Part shown: positions 1 to 22,600 of the stretch, piece by piece
How positions within the stretch are numbered: position 1 is the stretch's first letter
Layout: every line of letters starts with the position of its first letter
Assembly: GCA_039096225.1 (NCBI GenBank)
Contig: JBBPEB010000030.1
Coordinates: 558,001 to 622,000, forward strand
Length of the DNA stretch: 64,000 bases
Direction of reading: 5' to 3'
DNA from: Blastocystis sp. Blastoise
Lineage: Eukaryota > Protista > Bigyra: Opalinata
Program-made: the position numbers and the translations under genes
Notes under the pieces: generated by a model
Seen by the model: only the letters and a program-made list of their open reading frames with translations
Told to the model about the DNA's origin: nothing
Databases searched by the model: none

Positions 1-2575
1 ACAATAATAAATAGAATTATAGAGTTAAGTAAAGTATTCCTAAAACATAATTAAAAAGAAAATGAAAAATTATTAAAATAAAAAAAAAAAATAGATTTAT
101 TTTTTGTTTTTCTTGATAGGTTTTAAGGGTATTTTCTTTGGACGTGAGTTATAGTTATTATTATCGGAAGGAAAAGATCGTTTTATAGTAGGTTTAGGTT
201 TAATTGTTTCTTGTTGTTTGTCTGAAATAGGCATAGAATGAATATCATTTGAATGATCTGTTTCTTCTTTTTCTTCATTTTCATCTTCTTTCATAGCCTA
301 TATTTTGAAATAAAATTAATATATAATTAAATTAATATATAATAAAATTAATAAATAATAAAATTAATATATAATAAAATAAATATATAATAATAATACC
401 ATTTTATTTTCTTCCCATGATTGGAATTCTCTTAGAATTCGTTGTTCTTCTGCTACTTGATGTAGAATGGGTGGAATCTTTTGATCTGATAGTGAATAAG
501 AATGATTGAATAAAAAGAATAATAAATAAAAAGAATAATGAATAAAAAGAATAATAAATAAAAAGAATAATAAATAAAAAGAATAATAAATAAAAAGAAT
601 AATAAATAAAAATAAATAAATCTATATATATATACTAGATGCTTTGAGTAATAATTCAAGGTCAGGAACGAGAGCAAAGAATCGACCTGTGAGAAAGGAT
701 CGACTATATCCCACAATACCTTTTCGACCTGTACGACCTATACGATGAACATAGGTTCCTAGATTACTAGGGAAGTCATAGTTAAGAACATAATTTAAGT
801 TTGGGATATCCATTCCTCTTCCTAAGACATCCGTAGTAACAAGAATCTGAATAGCACCAGAACGAAACTTTTGAAGAAGGATTGTACGAATTTCTTGAGA
901 AAGTTGACCATGTAGAATAGCGACATTTAAGGGCTTAGGAGGACGTTTGGATTCTGTAGTATTTTGTTCTTTATGTTTTAAATATGGATTTCCTTCATCC
1001 CATTTATCATGAATAAATTGATAGACTTCTCTTGCATTACGAATTGTATTTACAAATATACATATTAAAGATCTCTGACGTTTTCCATTCTTCTTATCTT
1101 CTTCTAATACATACTATAGAAGAAGAAGAAGAATATATTTATATAATATATAATATATAAATAAAATAAATAAAATAATAATAAATAAAATAATAAATAA
1201 AATAAAATAATAAATAAAACAAACTCGAATGAAATCCATAAGTTTTCGTTGTTTCTTGTGTTCAGCACAAATATGTACGTCTTGAATAATATTATTACAA
1301 ATAGAGATCTCTGTATTTCTTGAAGAGAGAAGAGAAGGAGGAGAAATAGATATAAGAATAGGACTCTTTGAAGTCATCCAACGACTAGTCAACTCTTTTA
1401 TCTATATATATATATAATAATTATTATTATCATTATATATATACATTCTCTTGATAAGTAGCACTAAATAATAAACATTGAATATCTATAGAAAGAAAGA
1501 AATAATTATCAATATAAAATACTATATATATATACTCTTCTTCTTCTTCTCCTCTTCTGTATCTATTGGATATAAATATGTATATATCGTTTGTAATTGA
1601 TCTTTAAAACCCATATCCAGCATTTTATCTGCTTCATCAAATATTATTGTATGAATAGAATCACAATTCACTTTCTTATTCTCCAATAAATCAACTAATC
1701 TTCCTGGAGTAGCTATTAATATATTACATTTCGATTCTAATAATGATTTTAATTGATTATCCTTTCCTACACCTCCTGTAACTAAACTCGAATTAATATT
1801 AAATATCTTTTGAATCTTCAAACATAAATTATATATCTATATATTTAATAATAATAAATAAATAAAACATATAAATAACTATATAATAAATAAATAAAAC
1901 ATATAAATAACTATATAATAAATAAATAAAACATATAAATAACTATATAATAAATAAATAAAACATATATTTATAAAATACTTGTTGAGCTAATTCTCTT
2001 GTTGGAGTCAATATCAATGCATCTGGAACACAATAATCTTTATTTATTAATGAATCAAATGTATGACGTTGCTTCTGAAATATTTTTTCCATCGTAGGAA
2101 GTAAAAAACTCAATGTTTTACCACTTCCTGTCTCAGCTTTCGTAATCACTTCTTCATTATTAATTAAAGGATACCAAGACCATTCTTGAACTGGAGTCGG
2201 ATTCACAAGTTTTAATAATGTTGATACCTCATAAAATCGAGTAGACAATTTCGTATCATTAAAAGATTTGATAGGATCCGAATATAATTGCTTCTTCTCT
2301 ACATCATCTACATCGATTGTCACTGTTTCACAAAAATTTAATTCTTCACTATTCTCCACCATATCTTATAACCTCAATAATTATTTTTATTAATAAAATA
2401 AAACAATATAAAGTTATAAAAAGTATTTTTTTATTTTTTTTTTTTTAATTTCTTTTTGAAATTTTTTTTTTTAATTTTTTAAAATTTCTTTTTATAAAAT
2501 ACTTTTTATTACTTGGAATATTATATTCTCTTATTCTCTTTATAAACTTAAAAACTCAAAAACAAAAAACAAATA
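1..2575 (-). repeat. Inverted segmental duplication, arm A (partner ~54225-57046); homology runs to the window start
   Basis: Bases 1-46 are the reverse complement of 57001-57046 (one mismatch). Near-identity continues through the helicase gene and its upstream region to ~2575/~54225. Confidence 0.93.
97..2362 (-). CDS. DEAD-box RNA helicase (DBP2/DBP3-like), copy A; 6 introns
   Basis: Spliced exons give motifs AETGSGKT, PTRELAQQ, TPGR, DEAD, SAT, ILHG, RGMDIP and HRIGRTGR. Introns: 1837-1981, 1486-1535, 1402-1444, ~1114-1224, 486-635, 298-399. Confidence 0.93.
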
Positions 2576-3061
2576 AAAATAGTTGAATGAATAAATTACA
2601 TTTATAATTGTCTAAATGAGTACATAAAAATATTTGATAATAATATTGATTAAAAGGGAATATCATTAACATAAAATATAATGTATTTTAGGAAAAACTT
2701 GATACTTGACAAAAATAATATAAAAATTTATACATACAAAAGAATAATAATAGATATAAAAGAAAAAGAAATGAAATGAAATTCTACACATGAATATATT
2801 TACATTATCGTAATAAGAAATAGGCTTAAATAATAAACATTTATGTTTTAAATAAATGAAGAAGACAAATATATATATATGTATTCATATAAATTAATGA
2901 AGATACTTATTATACTAATCGTTATTTCTTATAGAAATAATTAAAATAAATAGATATGTATAATAAAACTATTTATATTAAGAATAAAAAATAGAAAAAG
3001 GAAAAAAGAAAAGATAAAAATATAGTATATATTGTATTTAGATAAATATATATGTATATAT

Positions 3062-3255
3062 TTAATTATTAATACGAATAAGGGAACAATATTTAGTTAT
3101 CACGTGACGAATGTACATATTAAAGAATCCATAAGAATGATTGGTTGTTGAGTAGATGAAGCACGAGGATTGAGGTAACGGCGTGGTCGTTGGCAGAAGC
3201 AGACGAAGCTGCTTACGAAGCTGACGAAGCAGTTCGTCATAACTAACAGACTAGA

Positions 3256-3290
<35 letters not shown>

Positions 3291-4341
3291 ATTATTATTG
3301 TTATAATTAATATAAAAGTGTATTGGTATATAGATAATAAATAAAACAGTATATATATATATATATATACATCTGAGTTAGTATTTGCTTCTGTTAAGGG
3401 ACTGTCAGGCGTCGGAGTCATATGAATACCCTCATATAATATATCCAATAACTATTTATATATATATATATATATATAATATTGCTATTAGATATATTAT
3501 ATGTATTATATATATATATATACATCAAGAATGGGTACAATATAATCCCTCAATTCAGGGATTTGACATAACGGACGTAACTGCATATAACGATGTAGAG
3601 ACTCATATATCTATATATATATGTATATATAAACAAATATCTATATATGTATATATACAAGAGAGATATTCTTTTCTTTATTTGCAGAAACCATAATAAT
3701 ATACATATATTGAAGAAGATATTGTGTGTATTGTTCATAACTATATATAATAATAAAAATATAAAATTATATGTATATATACAGTAATTCATTTGATTGA
3801 TCTATTTTTTGTATATAATGATTAATATTATCGCAATCAATAATTTCATTGGCATTCTTTGTATATATATATTTATTTTTTATGAAGAAAAATAAATCGA
3901 ATATTCGAATACTAGAATAACTATATATATATAACAAGAATATTAGGAATACACGAATAGAATTATATAATATATATATATATATATATTTATAATATAT
4001 ATACATATGAATATCCGTGGGAAATTGAAGGAGGTTGAGAAGAAGAGAGAATCCTGTGGTTAAGAGGAATGCATACTATATATATACATAAATATAAATA
4101 TATATAAATATACATCATTATCGTTACAACACTGAATAATCAATCGAATAATTATACATATCAAAAAGCTACCTATAAATATATAAATAAAACTAAAAGA
4201 ATATATATGTATACCAATATTAATAGTATCTTGAATATTTCTCTCTACAAACCATAATGGCTTTTCAATATAATTATTAAATAAAGCACTCACAAAGGAA
4301 GGAGACTATATTATATATATCAATAAAGTATTAAAATAAAC

Positions 4342-4400
<59 letters not shown>

Positions 4401-6804
4401 TTCTGAAAGAAGAAGAAGAATGGATAAAATGACAGAGAGCGTGTCATTGATTTCAGGATTAGATGAAGAATAAGTATATATAGCATCTATATATATATAA
4501 TAATAATAATAAAAATAATATATATACATAGTAAATCTAATAAATATTCTTCATAGTCATTTTTACTAATTACATAGTCTTTAAAGGAAGGGATATATAC
4601 TAATAAACAATAGAAAAGAACCAAACTATATAATAATAATAATAATAATAATAGAGTACAAATATACTTTGGTTCATAAATAATATTCTTAATAAGTTTA
4701 TTATATATAGGAGAGAATTGAATTTGGCGGGAAATGGAATTGGTGGAATTATTCAGTTGAGAAGAGGAATTATCACTGTGATGATTATTTCTATATATTT
4801 ATAATAATGAACTATTCAATAACATCATATATATATACTTATAAATCTTCATAATATTTTGATATGGATTAATTCGATAAACATCAGTACACGTCAGTAA
4901 ACAGATTAAAATCTCACTATATATACATATATAGTCTTGACGAGACACGGAACCCGCTCCTGCAGGAATTAAACGAGAAATCCCCGTGAATATTTGGAAA
5001 AGATAAGAAGAATCAGCAGATGGTATTTCAGGAATACGACAGGATCTATAAATATATATAAATATATAATATAAATATAAATATAAATATAAATATAAAT
5101 ATAAATATATAGTATAAATTAAATATAAATATAAATATAAATATAAATATAAATATAAATATAAATATAAATATAAATATAAATATAAATATAAATATAA
5201 ATATAAATATAAATATAAATATAAATATAAATATAAATATAAATATAAATATAAATATAAATATAAATATAAATATAAATATAAATATAAATATAAATAT
5301 AAATATAAATATAAATATAAATATAAATATAAATATAAATATAAATATAAATATAAATATAATATAAATATAAATATAAATATAAATATAAATATAAATA
5401 TATATACGTGTTAGGATTGGAGGCAATATTGAGAAGAAGTGTATACATTAGTTCTGATGCCCTATATATAATGAGAATACTAATATAGAATACTATAATA
5501 TACCATGTAGATGCATAATGAATTTCTTCTTCTTCTTCTTCTCCTTCTAAATCATCCTTATTTTCATGGTTATTTGAAGATATTTCAGAACTAGCTTTTT
5601 CTTCATGAGTCTCAGAAGATTTCATTTGCTTTGAATCACTGAGATTCCCTTGGGAATGTGCACCTTCTTCAAAGGATGTCCATGGATTCTCATGATTATA
5701 AAGGAATGTTTCTCCAGTAATCATAAAAAGATCAATAAAAAAATTTTCAGAATAATAAGGAGAAACAGTTGAACTACACCATGTAGTACCTTTTGACTAT
5801 ATATTATTATGATTATTATAATTATGAGTAGTTATTAAAAATTTTTTTTTTCATAAATTTATAAAAATGATTTATTATAAATTTATTAAAATTATTTATC
5901 ATAAATTTATTAAAATTATTTATCATAAATTTATTAAAATTATTTATTATAATTTTGATATAATTAAAAACATGAGTTATAAGAATATAAAAACATAAAT
6001 TTATTTTATATATATAATATAAAAAAAGTGAATTAGCTATATATACCTTCTTATAAAATAGTTCGATAAATAGTGATAATATTTCTAAATATAATCCATC
6101 TGTAGAGTCTTTAGGTTTATATAATATTAATATATTAATAATTAACAAGGACAATTTCATTATAGAATAACCATACATATCGGAAATATATACTATATAG
6201 AATATAATAAATATATATATATCATAGAAATAATCAATAGAATAACATCTATAAAGAATATTTATATACAATAGGAATAGATTTCTTTGTAATCTTTAGG
6301 AGATAGATGGGGAATACCAAAAAGAAGAGGAAGCTCGTCATCAGCACAAAACGTGAATAAATATTTGAATATAATTCGTAATATATATATGCCATTGGAA
6401 AGTTTTGTAATAGATATCTTTTTAGTATCATCCTATAGTATACAATTTTTATTAATAAGAAACTATAATTGATTGTAAATGATAGTTGAATACTTACAGC
6501 AGAATTGTCAGCTTGAAAATCAATTGTGGATGCAAACATAAAGATGTAATTCATAAACATTTCTAAATTATGAGTACTTGATGCATTCTGACCTATAAAC
6601 GAGAGTAAAAGAAACAAAAAGCAAGAATATACAAAGATTAGCTAACATTGGTTGTATCATTGTGTAAAAATCATTGGAATGAATACTACTAGATGCACAC
6701 TTACTCAATATATCATTCCAAACATTAGATTCGATACTAATCTCTTCATCTCCACAAAATTCTGCAAAAGAATTCATAAATACAGCTGTTTCTGAGTCTT
6801 CCAT
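3062..6804 (-). CDS. DYM: Dymeclin-like Golgi protein, multi-exon
   Basis: N-terminal [19 protein letters not shown]; central [30 protein letters not shown] and [10 protein letters not shown]...[25 protein letters not shown] resemble conserved dymeclin blocks. GT-AG exons chain in frame to TAA at 3062. Confidence 0.8.
5070..5400. repeat. (ATAAAT)n microsatellite inside a dymeclin intron
   Basis: About 55 near-perfect hexamer units, directly visible. Confidence 0.95.
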
Positions 6805-7472
6805 TCAGTATGCTAATATCTCAAATTAATATATGACAAGAATATAAGGCTACTCTTGAGTTATATAGTAAAAATAGTCTTTTTGAATTTTTCTTATTGT
6901 GTTAACTCTTATGGAAATATTTGTTTTATCCCTTCATTAAAGGAAATATTCTTGATTTTCTTTTCATGATTTTGCTAAAATAGTTTTTTCTATTCTAATA
7001 TTATTCTTTCTGTATTGAATGCTTTTTATGTTTGAAACAACTCTTGATAACTGATGCGATGTATTAAAATCGTTTTTTTTTGTGTTTAATCATCATGTGA
7101 CAGTGAATAGTAGCAAATTCGTATATAGTTTATTGTGAAATAAAGTAGTAACATTTGCTATGTTATCCGAACTTGGAATTTCTTTGCTATACTATATTGC
7201 TTTCGAGATTGATAGATTATTTCTTTTTTTGATATATTGTTTATATAGTTTACGTGAGTGTGTATTAATACTATATTGTCTTCATAATATATAATGAATA
7301 TCTTTTGAAATAGCATTTGTTTGTGAAAAATTTGTTTTTTTACTTGTGTATATCAGAAATATATCAACATACATATCCGAGTCACACTTTATTAAAATGA
7401 TTTTATCGTAAGAAACAAAAATAAATGTGAATATGAATAAAGTATTACAAGAATAGATAATAATTGGTATAT

Positions 7473-16365
<8,893 letters not shown>

Positions 16366-17325
16366 GCTATATTTATATCTTTCGTTTGATTTCAAAAGAA
16401 ATAAATTGTTCTAAAAATTAATTTTGTTTCATTTTTTTTAGGAATTAATTTTCATTCTTTTCAAAATTATACAACATAGTATAAGGCCTATATTATGATA
16501 GAGTGGTTTGAAATTAAAAATCTTGTGAATAAGAAAACAATTTGGTAAGGCAAAAAGAATTAACTTTATATATATACCCAAAAATATATAAAATGAATGT
16601 ATCCTGCATTGATTAGATATTTTGAGATTATAGAATTGCATATATAAAGAAAAATAATTTACTATTACTAAAATGGAAATAAATTTTGATATTAATTATA
16701 AGATTTTTCGAAATAGAACTGGTAATGAAAAATAATTAATGATTATTAAAAAAGGAGATAATATATATATATATATATAATAACGTTTAAAAATGAAAAA
16801 TAAATTAATTAAAAATACATAATATATATATATATTTTAAGAAAGGAAATTTGTGGTGTGTGAATAAAATAGTATATAAATAGGACTAATCAAATGATAT
16901 ATATAAAATAGAACTTAGTCAACAGATAACAGATAGATACGTTTAAAAAAATAATTTTTATACTAAAAAAGAGTGTGTTGAAAAATATATATATATATAT
17001 ATATATATAAATACATGAATAAGAAAACTTTGTATTAATTTGATTTACAAAAGAAAATGTGAATATTTAGGATTTCATAATATGAAATTAAAAATAAGTA
17101 AATTAAAAATAAGTAAATTAAAAAAAAAGTAATTGAAAAATAATTAATTGAAAAATAAGTAATTGAAAAATAAGTAATTGAAAAATAAGTAATTGAAAAA
17201 TATATAAAACATATATACATATATTTGATATATATACATGTAAAAAATAAATCAAAAAGAAAATATGAAAAAAAATTGTAAAACTGTTTAAAAAACATAA
17301 ATAAATAAAAATATATATATTAATG

Positions 17326-18936
17326 TTAAGAATGTCTATGTTGATTTTCATGAAATTGTGGTATATATATACCTGGATCTTGTATATAGTATTGTTGTTT
17401 AGATTGAATATGTAATGCTTTAGGAACATTGAATTTATTTTGTGAATTATCTGAATATTGAATAACACAAGGTTCTTCTGGTTTAAACGGTGGTGAATGA
17501 CTATTCGTAGAATTGGAAGGAGTAGTAACATAAGAAGGAGTAGCCATGTAGGAAGTAGAAGATAATAAGGAGGCTGTAGGATGAGATGTAGTAGAGACAG
17601 AAGATATTGAGGGTCTCGAAGAGGCTGTGTCATCAGGAGAGTTAACGGCTTGTAACGAAATTGAAGGAGATTGATTTTGATAAGGAATATATTGCTTCTT
17701 TTGAGTTTTTATTTTATCAGGTAAAAATGTATAAAAACAAGAGAGAATAATATTAATAACCTATATAGAAAAATAAAAATAGAAAGGAATATATTGAGTA
17801 TAAAAAGAAAACAATATAAAGCGATTTTAGAAAAAAATATATTTTGAAGAAAAAAAATGGTGATATAATATATATATATATATACCAAGAAAAATATAGT
17901 GACAAAAAACAGAATAATAAATCCAACTAAATAAGCGTCGAAAGTGTATATAGATTAAGGTGACTATAATAGAAAATGAATGAAGCAATAAACGAATGGA
18001 TTGTATAGGATATTGATAAAAACAAGTGTATAATTAAAACTATTTATTTTATAAATTGAATATATATATATATATCTAGATGGATATTTTTATTGCAGCA
18101 TTATAGCATATATCAGTATAAGGTGTAGGATTGAAACAAGGGTCGGCTGCATATGTACTATTTATACCAAGGGAATCATTTTGATCAAGAAAACCACAAC
18201 AATCTATTAACTCCTATATATATATAATATTATTAAGGATGAATAATAATAAATTAAAATAAGCAAAAAAATAATAAAAACAATAAAATAAATAATAAAA
18301 TAAATAAATAAATAAAATAAATGAAAAATAAAATAAAATAAATAAAATAAAATGATAAAAAAAAATACTGTAGTATTAGTATATATATCTTTGATTTCTG
18401 GATCTTCTTCACTAAACGTTATAATTTGTTCACGTAATTCGTGAGCAAATCGATTCACTTCAGGATCTGATAAATCCTATAGAATTATATATAGTATTTT
18501 ATATAATGAAATAATGTATATAAAGTATAATCATCTTAATATACAGAATAAGCTCTCACATTATTTAACATCTCAAAAATGTATTGAATAATAACCATAG
18601 TAGCACAACAAATTATAATATAAATAACAGCTAAAAATATAAGGCAACATCCGCATCCACATCGAGAAAAACAGGCAGATAATGTAGTAACAGAGCCGAA
18701 AAATACAATAGTTACAACCCCTAATATAAACATTAAGTAAGTAACAAAGGAAAAAAGTGTATAATAATCATTGTCTGTTATATAGGCACTCTTTTGAAAG
18801 ATAATAAACATAATAACTGCCACACATAATGCGGCAATATTGAAGTAGATAATAGAGTCCAAAACTCTTTGTTCTATAATATATATAAACTTATTCAGAA
18901 TATCGTAATCATACTGGCAACTTTTTTTGTACCCAT
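17326..18936 (-). CDS. Tetraspanin-family protein with Ser/Pro-rich C-terminal tail
   Basis: Three N-terminal TM helices, a large loop with the CCG motif (ELIDCCGFLD) plus two further Cys, and TM4 AYLVGFIILFFVTIFFLVINIILSCF. TM4 is reached only via the AT-AC intron 17946-18087. The 3' end is slightly uncertain. Confidence 0.8.
17946..18087 (-). other. AT-AC (U12-type) intron in the tetraspanin gene, 142 nt, phase 0
   Basis: 5' ATATCCAT; branch CACCTTAAT (17962-17954) 8 nt from the terminal AC end. Splicing removes an in-frame TAG and joins CYNAAIK to TFDAYLVG. Confidence 0.85.
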
Positions 18937-19676
18937 CTTGTAATACTAAAATAATGAAAGAATAATATTTTAATGAATTCTCATATCCCCATAAAACCGT
19001 ACTGGAAATCAGTGCATTTTTTATGTATTTCCCATGAAAATATATACAGTTCTTTTTTTTTAATTTTTTTTTGAATTTGTTTTTTAAATCGAATATATAT
19101 ACTTATCTGAATATTATCAATATAATATAAAATATATTTAAATTTAAAGTGAGACTGTTTAAGAAACTCTTTAGTATTGTTTTGGAACAGTAATTTCAAA
19201 ATTATATAATAATTGTTAATAAAACAATGAGAATGAGAAGAAAAGAAGATATGAAGGCTTGAAGTGTTTTTAGCTTAAAATTCATGTGATAATTCGTTTC
19301 TTTAATGAAAATTTATAAATTACTAAGAAAGTATCATATTTATAGATATATAGATTGAACAAAAGTATATAAGTTGTCATAGGTTAGAAAACATTTTTTT
19401 TTTTTGAATAAAACAAAACATTTAAAGAAAAAATAGTTCTTTTTAAATCATAAAAAAGTGAAATAATCAAACATTCATGTGATAAATAGATAAATATTAT
19501 GAAATACAAAAATAATAAAAAAAAAGAAAAGTGAAAAATATAGAAAGAAAGTGAAAAATATATATTATTTAATTATTTTTAATAGTAGTAAAAAAAATAA
19601 TATATTTTAAAATATATATATATAATAGAAATATATAATAATATATGACAGATGATTTTAAAATAAGAATTTATAA

Positions 19677-22600
19677 TTAATTACAGCCATTAGTGAAATG
19701 TAGAATAATATGGAATACTATAATAGCTAATATTGTATATCCTACAGGTTTATAATGTTCAATTAAATAATGAATTAAACTAAATTGAGGTAATTTAGAT
19801 TTGGATTCACATTCATCAAAATAATCTTTTAATAATAATATAAATTGACAATAAGGACACTCTGTTTCTTGAGTATTTTCCGTTGAAGTATTTCGCTCAA
19901 TTTGTTGAGATTCAACACCTCCTTCAGAATCAATTAATATAGTTACTGTATCTCGATTATTCTATAGTTTAATAAAAAATTATTTTATTTTATTCATAGT
20001 TATATAATATAATAAATATATTTATTAATAAAAAAGATATATATTAAAAGTTTATAATCAATATATATATACATGTTGTTTAATAAGATCTTCAATATTA
20101 TGATGGCAATTGAAACACGTATGACTCGTTGAACTCGTATTGGTAAATAAAGCTATATATATATATATAATATTTATTATTTAAATTAAATAAATCTATA
20201 TATATAATATTTATTATTTAAATTAAATAAATCTATATATATAATATTTATTATTTAAATTAAATAAATCTATATATATAATATTTATTATATTAATTAA
20301 ATAAATCTATATATATAATATTTATTATATTAATTAAATAAATCTATATATATAATATTTATTATATTAATTAAATAAATCTATATATATAATATTTATT
20401 ATATTAATTAAATAAATCTATATATATATATTTATTTTATAACAAAATAAAAATTTATATATACTATATTAATTAAAAAAAACACAATATATATATACAT
20501 TTATATTTTTCTTCAAGTGTATTCGATTGTTCTGGATTTTTCTTAGATAAATAATCATAAGTAATTGAATCTTGAATTTGTTTAATATAAACATCAAGTT
20601 TTGATACATCTCCTTTTCGTTTTTCTATTTCTTTTAATAATTTTGAATTTTCAGAACTTAATACTTCATTATCTTTTATTTTATTTTCTATATTTTTTTG
20701 TTTCTTTTCTTTTTCTTCTAAAAGCTGACATTTATTCTTATATTCTTTCATATTATTCTCATAATCTTGTTCTCTTCTCATATATTCAGATTGTTTTTCT
20801 TCGAATTCTTTTTGATTCTTTTCTAATATAGTCAATCGATTCCTATATTCTTCTTCTTTCTTATTTAATAAGTCTTCTTTAGTATCATAATTTAACAGTT
20901 TTTCTTCTAAATCATCAAAAGATTCTTTTACTATTTGTTTTTGATCTTCTACATATTGAGATTGTTTTATAGATTCTTCATCTCGTTGTTGTGCTTGATT
21001 TATTTGATCTTCAAATTGTTTCTTTACACTTTCGATCATATATTGTTTCTTTATATTCAAATCTTCTTCTTCTTTCTTTATTTCTTCACTACGACGATCT
21101 AAATCTTCTAATTTATGAGATAATTCTAATTTATTCTTATTTATAGAACTATTCTCATTCTTTTCTTCTTCAATTAATATATTTAATGATTCTTCCTTCT
21201 TTTTTAATTCAATAAGAATCATTTCTTTATCTTCTTTTTCTTTCTTTATTTCATTCAATTGATCACTTAAGGATTTCTTATCTATCTCAATTTGACATTT
21301 TTCTTTTTCAATTGATTCTTTTTCTTTATCAATTAATTCTTTTTCTTTATCAATAGATACTTTCATCTCTTCTATAGATTTTAATTCATTTTCATTCTTC
21401 TCTAGAGATTCTTCTAATTCTTTCTTTCGATTTTCTATATCTTGAATTTTTTCTTCATATTTCTCATTATATTCTGAAATTTCTTGTAATCGTTTTTCTA
21501 TTTCGAATTTCTTTTTCTCATTCTCTTCTTGAAGAATTATATTATTTTGTTGAATACATTTCGTTTCTTCTAATTGAGATACAATTACTTTATTTTTATC
21601 TTCGATTTCTTTTTCTCTTCGAATTAAATCATTATTCTTTTCTATATATATATTCATATTCTTCACATATTCTTCAATTTTCATATTATTATCTTTCGTT
21701 TGTTCTTCTAGTTCTTGTTCTCGACGTTTTAAATTATCTTCACGATTATTCATAATTCTCTCTTTATCCATTACATCATTCATACTCTTCTCTATACGAC
21801 TACTTAATACTTTATTCTCTTGTTTCTTCTGTTCTAAATCATCTTCATCCCATTTCAAATCTTCTTCACGATCTTGTAACGACATCATCTTTTCATCTAA
21901 TTCTTCAGATTTCTTTGTTAATAATAACTCTTTCTTTTCATTCTCACTTTGTTTTACTAGAATGAATTGCTCTTTTTCATTCAATTCCTTCTCTAATTCT
22001 TGTATATGATGTTCACGTTCTTCTATAGAGATCTTCTTCTTATTTATTTCTTCTAAATCTTTCGACATTGATTCTTTCTTTACATGAATCTCTTCATCTA
22101 TTTCTCGAGACATACGTAGTTTTTCTGTTTGAAGACTCTCTTGTAATTTATTATTTTGCTCTTCTAAAGATAATTGTAATACTTTCTTTTGTTCAATTTC
22201 TTCTTTATATACAACTATTTGTTTTTGAAGAGATTCAGAATCAGATTGAAGACTTGTTAAAGATATTTTAATAGCATCAATATTCTTTAACTCTTCATTC
22301 ATTTCTTTCTCTTGATTTTCTAAATCAATAAGAATATTCTTATGATTTTCTATATTTTTCTTTAATGATAATAATACAGTTTCTTGTTCTTTTGTTTCAT
22401 TCACAATATTATTTTTCTGATTAGAAATAGTAGATTCTTGTTCTTTTAAAGATATATTTTGTTTCTCTATATCTTTTTCTTTTATTTCTAATTCTTGTTG
22501 AAGTACTATTATTTGATCTTTTTCATTCTTTAATAATTCAAGATTATTCTGATATTCTTCCATTTTTTGAGTATATTCATTCTTATTTTTAGAAATAATA

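Noticed and set aside
2168-2176. GTATCCTTT (U12 donor-like) on the minus strand, also at ~54627 in copy B
   Set aside because: It lies within continuous coding sequence (WYPL) of helicase exon 1, and no intron is needed there.
20150-20430. Regularly spaced repeats resembling a CRISPR array
   Set aside because: Head-to-tail minisatellite without unique spacers, inside a eukaryotic intron.
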